Shown piece by piece: positions 18,783 through 26,360 of a DNA stretch of 64,000 bases. The first letter of the stretch is position 1, and each line of letters opens with the position of its first letter. The stretch lies in the IMG/VR virus record IMGVR_UViG_3300020429_000539, positions 300,263 to 364,262 of that record. The stretch is one strand, 5' to 3'. This DNA comes from a virus. Taxonomy: Duplodnaviria > Heunggongvirae > Uroviricota > Caudoviricetes. The notes under the pieces were generated by a model. That model was not told the origin of the DNA. It ran no database searches and was given only the letters and a program-made list of their open reading frames with translations. Both the position numbers and the translations under genes were made by a program.

Positions 18783-19508
18783 ATGGGTTACGCAACACAA
18801 CAACTAGTTACAGATATACTTGCTCAAGCCCTAACCTCTGCCACAAGCAGCGTGGTTAATGGCAATGCTGTGTCGTTGAATTCTATTGGAAGTGTTACAA
18901 ACCCGAATGCTATTTCGTCTGATACTATCAATCAATACATAACTTGGGCAGATGAAGAAGTAGATGGCGTATTGAGCGAAATGTATGCCGTCCCGCTGTG
19001 CGAGAAGGCAGACCTCGAAATGAGGCTCATTTTTGATGTCAATGAATATAACTCAGATATTGAATTAACTAAGGCTTTGAATCTTGTTCCTGGTGATGTC
19101 CTTGTATTTATTGATGCCTCACAAGAAGAACGTCATACGGTTGAGACCGTTGTTAATAATACGACGGTCGAGCTATCAAGTACACTTGTTGGTATGTATG
19201 ATGCAAGCGAGACTCGCGTTCTTCGTGTCAAATATCCTGCACCTATCGCTTTAATATCTGCCCGTCTTGCAGCAGCTAACATTTACGATAAGTACTTCTC
19301 AGCAGAGGTCTCGCCTAATCAAAGCGAATACGGCAAGCATTTGCGGGCGATGGCGCGTAGAGATTTTAACAACATACTCAATGGCCGCACTGTTCTTCAT
19401 GGTCAAAGGCGAATCGGGCACCGCTTCTTCAATCCCAATTTGCGAGACCGCTATAGATTACCTGGTGCTGATTCTGATGGTAGCCGAGATATCGGAGAAA
19501 CATCATGA
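18783..19508 (+). CDS. Mu gp36-like (DUF1320) head-tail adaptor with an inserted beta domain
   Basis: The pattern MGYAT...I..A..EVDG.L..MY.VPL...P..I..ISARLAA..IY...A...F..I..G...L matches the gp36 family, with an insertion of about 70 aa. Confidence 0.7.
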   Translation: MGYATQQLVTDILAQALTSATSSVVNGNAVSLNSIGSVTNPNAISSDTINQYITWADEEVDGVLSEMYAVPLCEKADLEMRLIFDVNEYNSDIELTKALNLVPGDVLVFIDASQEERHTVETVVNNTTVELSSTLVGMYDASETRVLRVKYPAPIALISARLAAANIYDKYFSAEVSPNQSEYGKHLRAMARRDFNNILNGRTVLHGQRRIGHRFFNPNLRDRYRLPGADSDGSRDIGETS

Positions 19509-19777
19509 ATAATGACGGTAAGGGTCAATGGGATAAGTTTACCGAACAGATTCGTCGCATCAAGATGCTCAATGGCACAGAAATAAAAGCTGGTAGTGTG
19601 ATGACTCCTGCCGGTGTTAAACTTAGCAAAACACGGGAAGAGGCAGTTCGTCAAGGTCGCGTAGATTCGCTCAAACGAGGAGAAGGCTTCAAGCTTCAGC
19701 GAGGAGAAGATATTGACAGAGCGACCGAGCAGCTTGCCCAAGATTACGTGGATGATTTATTGAATAGACTGATATGA
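19505..19777 (+). CDS. Small neck/tail-completion-like protein (90 aa)
   Basis: Overlaps both neighbours by 4 nt (ATGA). Lies between the adaptor and the terminator-like gene. Confidence 0.5.
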   Translation: MNNDGKGQWDKFTEQIRRIKMLNGTEIKAGSVMTPAGVKLSKTREEAVRQGRVDSLKRGEGFKLQRGEDIDRATEQLAQDYVDDLLNRLI

Positions 19778-20703
19778 GCAATAAGAAACCAACAATAGAG
19801 CTTCTCGAATCTATCCGACGAATTGTGTATCGCTGGGTCAATACGCAGACTCCGCTTACTGCCGATGTCGCGTTTGGAGCTACGACGCTTTATGTTGAAT
19901 CCACGAAGCGATGGGCTAAGGGAGATCAGCTTGCAATTATTGATTACGAGCGAGAGGTTCATGAGCCTTTTCTCGTGGTTGATGAAGTAGTTGATGATAC
20001 CACTCTAACCCTTTCGACGCCTATTCAAGTCAATGCAGGTTGGACGGTAGCGAACAACTCGGTTATCCGCAAGACTCACAATGGTAAGCTTATGGAAGGA
20101 ATCTACATCGGAGACCCTGCCGTGATTCCGCAGTATCCTGCAATCACCATTATGGAGCAGAGCCGTTCTTCAAACTTTGAAGCTCTTAATTTGACTAAGG
20201 AAAATCATAGCATACAGATTGCCTCGTTCACACAGGCGACCAATAATGAAGATAGCTACCGTTTTCTTTTAAGCATCACAGATAATATCGAGAGAGGTCT
20301 AAAGAACAACTTTTATCCTTTTGTGGGTTCTTATGAGCAAACTCAAATAACCGCAGATATCGCGGCAGGAGACCGCGTTATCAAGGTTGCCGATTCGAGC
20401 ATTTTTGAGCCAGGCCGCCATGTTCTACTTGACAGTCTGCACAGGTCCGAAGAAAGCGCAGTCAAATGCATTATTGATGCAACAACTATTGAGCTTCATG
20501 CTCCATTTATGAATGCATATACTTCAAGTAGCAGTTTACAACTTATTGCTATGACTCGTTTTTTCTATAACTCTTGGCCTGCCGATATTGATTATGGATT
20601 TATTCATAAAGGTTCGCTTTTGCATGCGTCTACAATAAGTTACTTCGCATGGGAGGCCGAGATTCAGGAACAGGGTGGCTGGCTTGACCCCGTATTGAGC
20701 TAA
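19774..20703 (+). CDS. Putative tail terminator/completion protein with two inserted beta domains (309 aa)
   Basis: Core IYIGDPAVIPQYPAITI...IQIASF...LLSITDNIERGL is typical of tail terminators. Two LTAD/ITAD...TT(L/I)xL repeats. Confidence 0.55.
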   Translation: MSNKKPTIELLESIRRIVYRWVNTQTPLTADVAFGATTLYVESTKRWAKGDQLAIIDYEREVHEPFLVVDEVVDDTTLTLSTPIQVNAGWTVANNSVIRKTHNGKLMEGIYIGDPAVIPQYPAITIMEQSRSSNFEALNLTKENHSIQIASFTQATNNEDSYRFLLSITDNIERGLKNNFYPFVGSYEQTQITADIAAGDRVIKVADSSIFEPGRHVLLDSLHRSEESAVKCIIDATTIELHAPFMNAYTSSSSLQLIAMTRFFYNSWPADIDYGFIHKGSLLHASTISYFAWEAEIQEQGGWLDPVLS

Positions 20704-20713
20704 GGATACAACG

Positions 20714-21742
20714 ATGGCTATAGAGACACAGACAAGGGCTCCAGGGCAGGTTACTCAATCAGGTGGCGAAGTTGACTGGACAAATATCAACAACACTCTA
20801 ACTTATCCTGCCGGTTTTGCGGCGGGCAGCATTAACTCATCCCCATCCATAGATACCACTCAATACCTTGTATGGACAAATTTTGGCTTTTCATTTGACC
20901 CGCTTTCTACTCTTGAAGGTATAGAAATTGAGTATGGCTTGGTTCATGCAAATACCACAATCGCTTTTTCTGTTAGTGCGAACATACGACTCAATGATTC
21001 AAGCACATCTACTGTATCTACTTCTTCCACGGCTTCTCCATCGGGCACAAACGTATCAAAGACAGCAGGAGGAGTAGGTAGCTTTTTATCAGGTCTTTCA
21101 ACAAAAGACATATTCAATCCGACCTTTGGTTTCCGTCAGCAGTGTAGACTTGTCACAGGCTTGGGGACTGTTCAGTTTAGGCATTACGGCATGGAGATGA
21201 CAATTTATTATTCTCCTCCAACCGGAACCGTTCTGTCTAGTAGCGCCAGACCTGTTCGCATAGGCAACTCTCCGATACGGGCAATACAGTCTTCTTCAGG
21301 AGCATATAGGCCTGGCTTTGATGTTGCATCAAACTATAACACTCGTTCATCTTCTAAGTTGCTTATTGGTGGAGTACCAATTTCTGTATACGAGTCTTCC
21401 TCAGGTTCGCGAGCCTTAGCTGTTTACGATGTCGATGGCTCTCTTGACGGAGCCCTGTCTTTGTCAAGTAACAGCTTTGTATATCAAGGTACGAGATTTT
21501 CTTACTTAGAAAACGGAACTCATAGAGTCATGCATGCGACGCTCGGCGGCGAAAGAAGTGTTGATACCACGACATACTCTATATGGCAAGGTATCCCCAT
21601 CGCAACAAATGCTTTCGGCGACCTTGTTTGCAAGAAACTGAGCGGAACCGTGACTCAGACTCGACGATTTTCTCTTGGTGGAACACCCCTGACGGCTGTG
21701 CTTGTTGGCGACGATTGGGCGATTGCTGTCTCTGATGTATGA
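20714..21742 (+). CDS. Virion decoration/fibre-like protein (342 aa)
   Basis: N-terminal WTNINN...TQYLVWTNFGF...IEIE jelly-roll motif. Ser-rich, with C-terminal G(V/T/I)P(I/L) repeats. Confidence 0.5.
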   Translation: MAIETQTRAPGQVTQSGGEVDWTNINNTLTYPAGFAAGSINSSPSIDTTQYLVWTNFGFSFDPLSTLEGIEIEYGLVHANTTIAFSVSANIRLNDSSTSTVSTSSTASPSGTNVSKTAGGVGSFLSGLSTKDIFNPTFGFRQQCRLVTGLGTVQFRHYGMEMTIYYSPPTGTVLSSSARPVRIGNSPIRAIQSSSGAYRPGFDVASNYNTRSSSKLLIGGVPISVYESSSGSRALAVYDVDGSLDGALSLSSNSFVYQGTRFSYLENGTHRVMHATLGGERSVDTTTYSIWQGIPIATNAFGDLVCKKLSGTVTQTRRFSLGGTPLTAVLVGDDWAIAVSDV

Positions 21743-21767
21743 CGATATCCTCTATAGGAGGTCTGAG

Positions 21768-22979
21768 ATGAAGATACTAACTGTTAGCGCGTCCCCGTAT
21801 TTGCTTGTTCGTAATGGGCGAATGAATGCTGCTGTTATTGAGGAACTCAAAGCAGAAGGCCATGAGGTCTCTACGGCAGCGTGGCATCACGATGAGGGTT
21901 TTTTCTTGCCCGAGGAAGGTGGCGCTCATTGGTATGAGATTAACGGAGAAAACGCTGTTCCTATTATTCCTTTCGAGCCACAAGCTCAGGGTTCGGGCGC
22001 TCTTTACGAAATCATGAAACAAGTCCATCCCGATGTTGTTATTTCGATAGGCGATTACAAGGAAACTGACTTCATTTGGGATATCAAGGCGATGTATCCG
22101 AATTTATTCAAATGGATTGCTGTAATCTGCGTGGACTGCCTTTATGTTAACGAGCAGCACAAGTCAAATATAGAGTATGCCGACAAGGTAATTTCAGTCA
22201 ATGATTTTGGATTGGCAACCCTGACTGGGTTGTGTAATATTGATGCAGAGATGATTCCATTCGGTATCAAGCAAGATATATTTACTGATGAGGGACGAGA
22301 ATCCCGTGATGAGACAGTTGTAATTTGCTCTGCTAAGAATGCGCAGGCGAGTAACATAGCCGCTTTTATTGCGGCGATGGGACAACTTCAGGGGTTGCTG
22401 GAGCTTACGGAACAAGAGGGAGAGTTGGTAGGAAAACTTCACACCAACCTCTATGATCCTGGGGATTATGAGCTTGAACTATTGATTGAGAGATACGGAG
22501 CTAGCAATGTATCTCTACCAAACAAGTTTGTTTCTGTCAAGGATAGTATCAGCGATGAGGAGATGGCGGACGAATATCGTTCTGCTGATTTCTTTGTAGA
22601 TTGCTCTGTAAAATGCGCAACTGCTTTGGGAATGCTCGAAGCCATGGCTTGCGGCTGTGTGCCTATTGGTATGGATATTGGGCGCGTAGGCGAGATATTG
22701 CAAGAAATGCCAGAGGAATATCGATTGGTTGTTCCTCATACAACTTTTATAGGAGCGGCAGAAGAGGAATTTTCTGTTATCTCAATAGAGGGTCTGAGAG
22801 ATGTTTTGCTGAATATTAGAGAGAGGTCCGTCAAAGACCCAGTATGGCTTCAGTCTGCTCAAGAGGCAGCCAAGGAGATTTCCCAAAAATACACAGAAGA
22901 AGCATTTGTTGACCGCCTTGTTGGGGTCATCGAGGAAGTCAAGGCTGTTGGCGATAAAATAGCTGTTGAGTCTTTCTGA
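21768..22979 (+). CDS. GT-B (GT4-like) glycosyltransferase with a degenerate donor-binding motif
   Basis: Start MKILTVSASP at 21768 after GGAGG. Motifs HPDVVISIGD and YRSADFFV...MLEAMACGCVPI. Confidence 0.8.
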   Translation: MKILTVSASPYLLVRNGRMNAAVIEELKAEGHEVSTAAWHHDEGFFLPEEGGAHWYEINGENAVPIIPFEPQAQGSGALYEIMKQVHPDVVISIGDYKETDFIWDIKAMYPNLFKWIAVICVDCLYVNEQHKSNIEYADKVISVNDFGLATLTGLCNIDAEMIPFGIKQDIFTDEGRESRDETVVICSAKNAQASNIAAFIAAMGQLQGLLELTEQEGELVGKLHTNLYDPGDYELELLIERYGASNVSLPNKFVSVKDSISDEEMADEYRSADFFVDCSVKCATALGMLEAMACGCVPIGMDIGRVGEILQEMPEEYRLVVPHTTFIGAAEEEFSVISIEGLRDVLLNIRERSVKDPVWLQSAQEAAKEISQKYTEEAFVDRLVGVIEEVKAVGDKIAVESF

Positions 22980-22997
22980 AATTTTTGCTCCTCTGAG

Positions 22998-23033
22998 AAG
23001 GAGTTTCCTAGTTGAGCCTGAATTCATAGAAAG
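22998..23033 (+). promoter_or_regulatory. Putative late promoter, AAGG-N18-GAATTCATAGAAAG
   Basis: The motif lies in the intergenic gap upstream of the tail tube operon. Confidence 0.6.
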
Positions 23034-23050
23034 CCGGTAAGGGCTAAAAG

Positions 23051-23086
23051 AAGGGTTTTAGGACAAGAATCTAGAACTCTCAATAA
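23051..23086 (+). promoter_or_regulatory. Second, tandem putative late promoter, AAGG-N19-GAACTCTCAATAA
   Basis: A weaker copy of the motif in the same intergenic gap. Confidence 0.4.
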
Positions 23087-23126
23087 CAAGGATTTGGGGT
23101 CACGGAACTTTTGAGGAGAAATACTT

Positions 23127-23498
23127 ATGGCAGCAGTGATTTCTGTAAGCAACTATGAAACAATCGCTACGCAGTACGCGAATGCCAGAACATCAGTCCT
23201 CGCATCAGTAGATTATCTGTTTGACGCGGTTTACACAATCGTCCAGCTTGATGAAATTGAGCCAGAGGTAGACCTCTTGACTGAGTTCTGGAACAGCTAC
23301 CAGATTAACTCGGACTTGTTCCGAAATCCGGTTAGTTTTCTTTCTGCGGTTAGACGTATCAATAATCACGTCATCAACCGCTCATCGTATACAACCCTTG
23401 ATGCATGGCTAGCGGGCGAAGCAGGCACAGTTCCCCAGGCTTGGGCGACTCTCAGCGCTGCCGCAGGCTACACGATTGATGCATCGAGGATCGTCTAA
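23127..23498 (+). CDS. Hypothetical helical structural protein (123 aa)
   Basis: Strong GAGGAG RBS; immediately upstream of the tube gene. Confidence 0.7.
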   Translation: MAAVISVSNYETIATQYANARTSVLASVDYLFDAVYTIVQLDEIEPEVDLLTEFWNSYQINSDLFRNPVSFLSAVRRINNHVINRSSYTTLDAWLAGEAGTVPQAWATLSAAAGYTIDASRIV

Positions 23499-23564
23499 TC
23501 CACCATGAGCGCTTTGGCATGTGGATTCAGAATGTCTCTAGGAGTTAATGAGGAGTTGGTATAA

Positions 23565-24629
23565 ATGCCTAATCCACAAGCAAAAATGGGATACGTTGGT
23601 AGTGTTACCCTCCTGGGTACTACTGCTGGTAACCTACGACTAAGAGCTACTAACTGTGATGTTAGGGCTATGCAGAACATAGATTACCCTGACGTTGTGG
23701 ATGGCAAGATTGATAGGACTCTCTATCAGTTAGGTCCGCGTATCGTGGAAGGCAACATTGCTTTCCCGCTTGTTCATGAAGGCATTACAGCGATTAACTC
23801 AGGCCGCGATTGTGACCAGCTTACAAATCAGACGCTCGGCGAGGCCATGTGGAGAATCGCCTCTCAGCGTGATTCGTTTGGTCGTCTCATCAACCAGTTT
23901 GATACGCAGGTTCGTTATACAGACGACACACATTTCAAGTATCCAACTTGTATTGTTAACTCTTATACGATGTCTGTTACTCAGTCTGACATGGTAAATG
24001 TTAGCATGGACATCATTGGCGGCGCTGACTCAAGCGACCAGGTTCGTTTGCCTTCTGATAACATTGAGCCCGAGTTTCTTTCGCCCGCTCGCGTTGTTAC
24101 GTGGAACGATTTTTTGGTTCGTATATACGGCGATAATTTGCAGACCGAACCTATTCGAGGCGATTACTTGCGAGAGTTTGAAGTAACAATCAACAACAAC
24201 GCTGAGCGATTCTTCACGTTGAATAACAAGCTTGCCCCGCAGGATATCACGGCTCGTAAGCGAGAAATAAACGGTCGCATGGTCCTCATGGGCCGTAACA
24301 CTGCTTTGTCTGAGTTGGCGTATAACAACCAGGACCGATTTACCTCAACGGCTCGAATCGCGTTTGGCTACTCGCTTGGTGGCGCTGGTACTGTTGCATT
24401 CATCACGGCCCTTCATGGCGTTGTCTTCGAGATTGAAGAAATTGCTATCACGAACGACCTTGTTCAGACGACTGTTCCGTTTACAGCCCTCGCTGACTGT
24501 GACAATGGTTACGAGGCTACTGAGCTTGGAACTTCGGGCACCGACCTTCCAAGCGGTAACACCTTTACTCCAGGTATTTTTGGTGGACGAACATCCACCG
24601 GCTTCCCTAACTGGAATCCTGACGACTAA
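23565..24629 (+). CDS. Major tail tube protein (354 aa)
   Basis: Strong RBS. Two-fold tube-like pattern (GPRIVEGNIAF / RKREINGRMVL; EFEVTINNN). Lies directly before the chaperones and tape measure. Confidence 0.75.
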   Translation: MPNPQAKMGYVGSVTLLGTTAGNLRLRATNCDVRAMQNIDYPDVVDGKIDRTLYQLGPRIVEGNIAFPLVHEGITAINSGRDCDQLTNQTLGEAMWRIASQRDSFGRLINQFDTQVRYTDDTHFKYPTCIVNSYTMSVTQSDMVNVSMDIIGGADSSDQVRLPSDNIEPEFLSPARVVTWNDFLVRIYGDNLQTEPIRGDYLREFEVTINNNAERFFTLNNKLAPQDITARKREINGRMVLMGRNTALSELAYNNQDRFTSTARIAFGYSLGGAGTVAFITALHGVVFEIEEIAITNDLVQTTVPFTALADCDNGYEATELGTSGTDLPSGNTFTPGIFGGRTSTGFPNWNPDD

Positions 24630-24694
24630 TCGATAGCTTCTGTGACCCCAGCTAGCTATTCGTAAACGGCATAATATGCCGATACCTTACAAGG

Positions 24695-24747
24695 CAATCA
24701 TGGCGAAGTTTCTCTGTTCGTAGGAGCTTTGCCATGATTGTGTTTGT
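24695..24747 (+). terminator. Long hairpin after the tube gene (terminator/attenuator or RNase III site)
   Basis: caatcatggcgaagtttct-N8-aggagctttgccatgattg forms a 19-bp stem with GU pairs, followed by tgtttgt. Confidence 0.6.
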
Positions 24748-24771
24748 GCGAAGCTTTAGAAGGAGAAACTG

Positions 24772-25215
24772 ATGCCATCTAATTTGTTGATTGACGGTCA
24801 AGAAGACCTTATCGAAATCAAGCTGTTTTACCGCGTAAAAAAGAATAACGCAGGTGTTCGACAGTTCGTGGTCCTCGACGAAGAAAAAGGCAAGAAAGCC
24901 ATTGAGGACGGCGATGATTCGGTGGATTGCCTAGTGACAAAGTGGTCGCCTCAGACTTGGCAGATGAACAACAACCTGCTCAAGCAATCGATGACCTACA
25001 ACAAGATTTCCGGCAATAACGAGGTAGACTTTTCTCGTTATCAGGACAATGTTTTCCGTTACTGCTTGAAAGAATGGGATGTAACCGACAAGGATGGGTC
25101 TCCGATTCCTCCTACGCCCGAGAATGTAGGTCAGCTACCGGCTGCTGTTGCGCAGGCTCTTATCCGCCTTTATGACTCCACGATTACGGTAGACCAAGAA
25201 GAAAAAAAAGAATAG
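24772..25215 (+). CDS. Tail assembly chaperone (gpG-like)
   Basis: Follows the tube gene. Has the LKEWDVTDKDGSPIP motif and ends EEKKE at a slippery site. Confidence 0.8.
   Translation: MPSNLLIDGQEDLIEIKLFYRVKKNNAGVRQFVVLDEEKGKKAIEDGDDSVDCLVTKWSPQTWQMNNNLLKQSMTYNKISGNNEVDFSRYQDNVFRYCLKEWDVTDKDGSPIPPTPENVGQLPAAVAQALIRLYDSTITVDQEEKKE
25203..25209 (+). other. Programmed -1 ribosomal frameshift site A AAA AAA
   Basis: GAA AAA AAA GAA TAG. The -1 frame is open (KKRIVRVAADLY...) to TGA at 25442. Confidence 0.8.
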
Positions 25216-25442
25216 TCCGGGTGGCCGCTGACCTTTACTCAGGGGCCTTGATTGATTCTAGTGACCTCCCGGACGCAATAGTGGAACATCTTTTTGCCTA
25301 CAACTATGGCTACTCGCTTGAGTACATTCGCCGACTTCCGCCGAAAGAATACAAAGAGCATGTAGAAATTCTATTGCTCAAGCACAGGCTCAGCGCAGCG
25401 GCTTCAGGCTTGCTTGGCGCTGCCAAGGTTTCCGAGGATTGA
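25203..25442 (+). CDS. Frameshift extension of the tail chaperone (gpT-like part of a G-T fusion)
   Basis: -1 frame relative to 24772..25215. No RBS before GTG 25221. EHLFAYNYGYSLEYIRRLP is gpT-like. Confidence 0.75.
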   Translation, partial: KKRIVRVAADLYSGALIDSSDLPDAIVEHLFAYNYGYSLEYIRRLPPKEYKEHVEILLLKHRLSAAASGLLGAAKVSED

Positions 25443-25445
25443 TGC

Positions 25446-25901
25446 ATGACAAGCAACCTGTTTATTTCAGAAGATGAGACCGTAGAAGTCAAGCTCAAGA
25501 TTGCCACCAGAGATGGTAAGCTGATTTGTTGGTCAGATGACGAAGTGCCTGATGGTGTAAAAGATTTCGAGACGTATTCAGCCAAGTTCCGTCGTCCAAA
25601 CTACAGGGACACCACTCGCCTGATGGATGCTGCGCTTCAGGTTGGTAGCAACGGGGAGTTTGCGATGTCTGTCAGCGAGGTCAGGTATCGCAGAATCGTA
25701 CAACTACTTGTAGAGTGGGATTTCAAGGATTCAGCAGGTAAGGTCATGCCTGCGACTGAAGCAAGCGTCAATACGCTCAATCCTCAAGTGGCCCTTGCTC
25801 TTGCAGACGGTCTTGAAACGGCACTGGGGCTGTTCGAGGGGCTTACAGACGAGATTTTGGAAGAAGCTGAGGCAATGAAGGCTCAGGTTGACCAATCATA
25901 G
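25446..25901 (+). CDS. Second tail-assembly-chaperone paralog (151 aa)
   Basis: MTSNLFISEDETVEVKL vs MPSNLLIDGQEDLIEIKL; LVEWDFKDSAGKVMPATEASVNTLNPQVALAL vs LKEWDVTDKDGSPIPPTPENVGQLPAAVAQAL. Confidence 0.7.
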   Translation: MTSNLFISEDETVEVKLKIATRDGKLICWSDDEVPDGVKDFETYSAKFRRPNYRDTTRLMDAALQVGSNGEFAMSVSEVRYRRIVQLLVEWDFKDSAGKVMPATEASVNTLNPQVALALADGLETALGLFEGLTDEILEEAEAMKAQVDQS

Positions 25902-25913
25902 ACCGAACAGCAG

Positions 25914-25942
25914 TTGAAACCTAGTGAGCAGCCACATACGAT
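25914..25942 (+). promoter_or_regulatory. Housekeeping sigma70-type promoter, TTGAAA-N17-TACGAT
   Basis: Both hexamers are close to consensus with the optimal 17-nt spacer; upstream of the small membrane gene. Confidence 0.6.
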
Positions 25943-25977
25943 GTCTTGTTGACCACGTAGGTCAAAGGAGACTCAAT

Positions 25978-26244
25978 ATGTCTGATGAACAGCAAGGTTG
26001 TTTGACTTTTTTCGATATGGCTATTGCCGTTTTCTTTTGTATCTGTGTGCTGAACTACATGGAGCCTTACACAGGGATTGGACAGGTCAACGCTGTTGTG
26101 CCTCGTTCGGACTTCGCTCGAATGATGACTGACTGGATTTCTTGGTTTTTCTGCATCGTCGCTTTCGTTATTGGCTATGCCTTCACACGGGTCGGCTTCA
26201 TCTGGGCTGTCTTGACAATGTGGGTCATCTGTCTGATTTGGTGA
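25978..26244 (+). CDS. Small membrane protein, moron-like (88 aa)
   Basis: AAGGAG RBS before ATG 25978. Two or three hydrophobic segments (AIAVFFCICVL; WFFCIVAFVIGYAF; FIWAVLTMWVICLIW). Confidence 0.7.
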   Translation: MSDEQQGCLTFFDMAIAVFFCICVLNYMEPYTGIGQVNAVVPRSDFARMMTDWISWFFCIVAFVIGYAFTRVGFIWAVLTMWVICLIW

Positions 26245-26279
26245 TTTCACGCTTTTGCTGTCAAATCTGACGTAATATC

Positions 26280-26315
26280 AAGGGGAATACCCCCTTTCTG
26301 CCGAAATACTAGAAG
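26280..26315 (+). promoter_or_regulatory. Putative late promoter, AAGG-N19-GAAATACTAGAAG
   Basis: Shares AATATCAAGG and GAAATACTAGAAG exactly with the copy at 526. Confidence 0.7.
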
Positions 26316-26360
26316 CGAGCAGCACCTATATGGTGTTTTTGTACCTTTTGGTATTTCTCT

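Noticed and set aside
23506-23563. 19-codon mini-ORF and weak hairpin upstream of the tail tube gene
   Set aside because: No RBS, too short to support, and likely to arise by chance.
24663-24685. Sigma-28-like promoter TAAA...GCCGATA
   Set aside because: The spacing is 11 nt after TAAA instead of about 15, and the sequence is explained by a hairpin.
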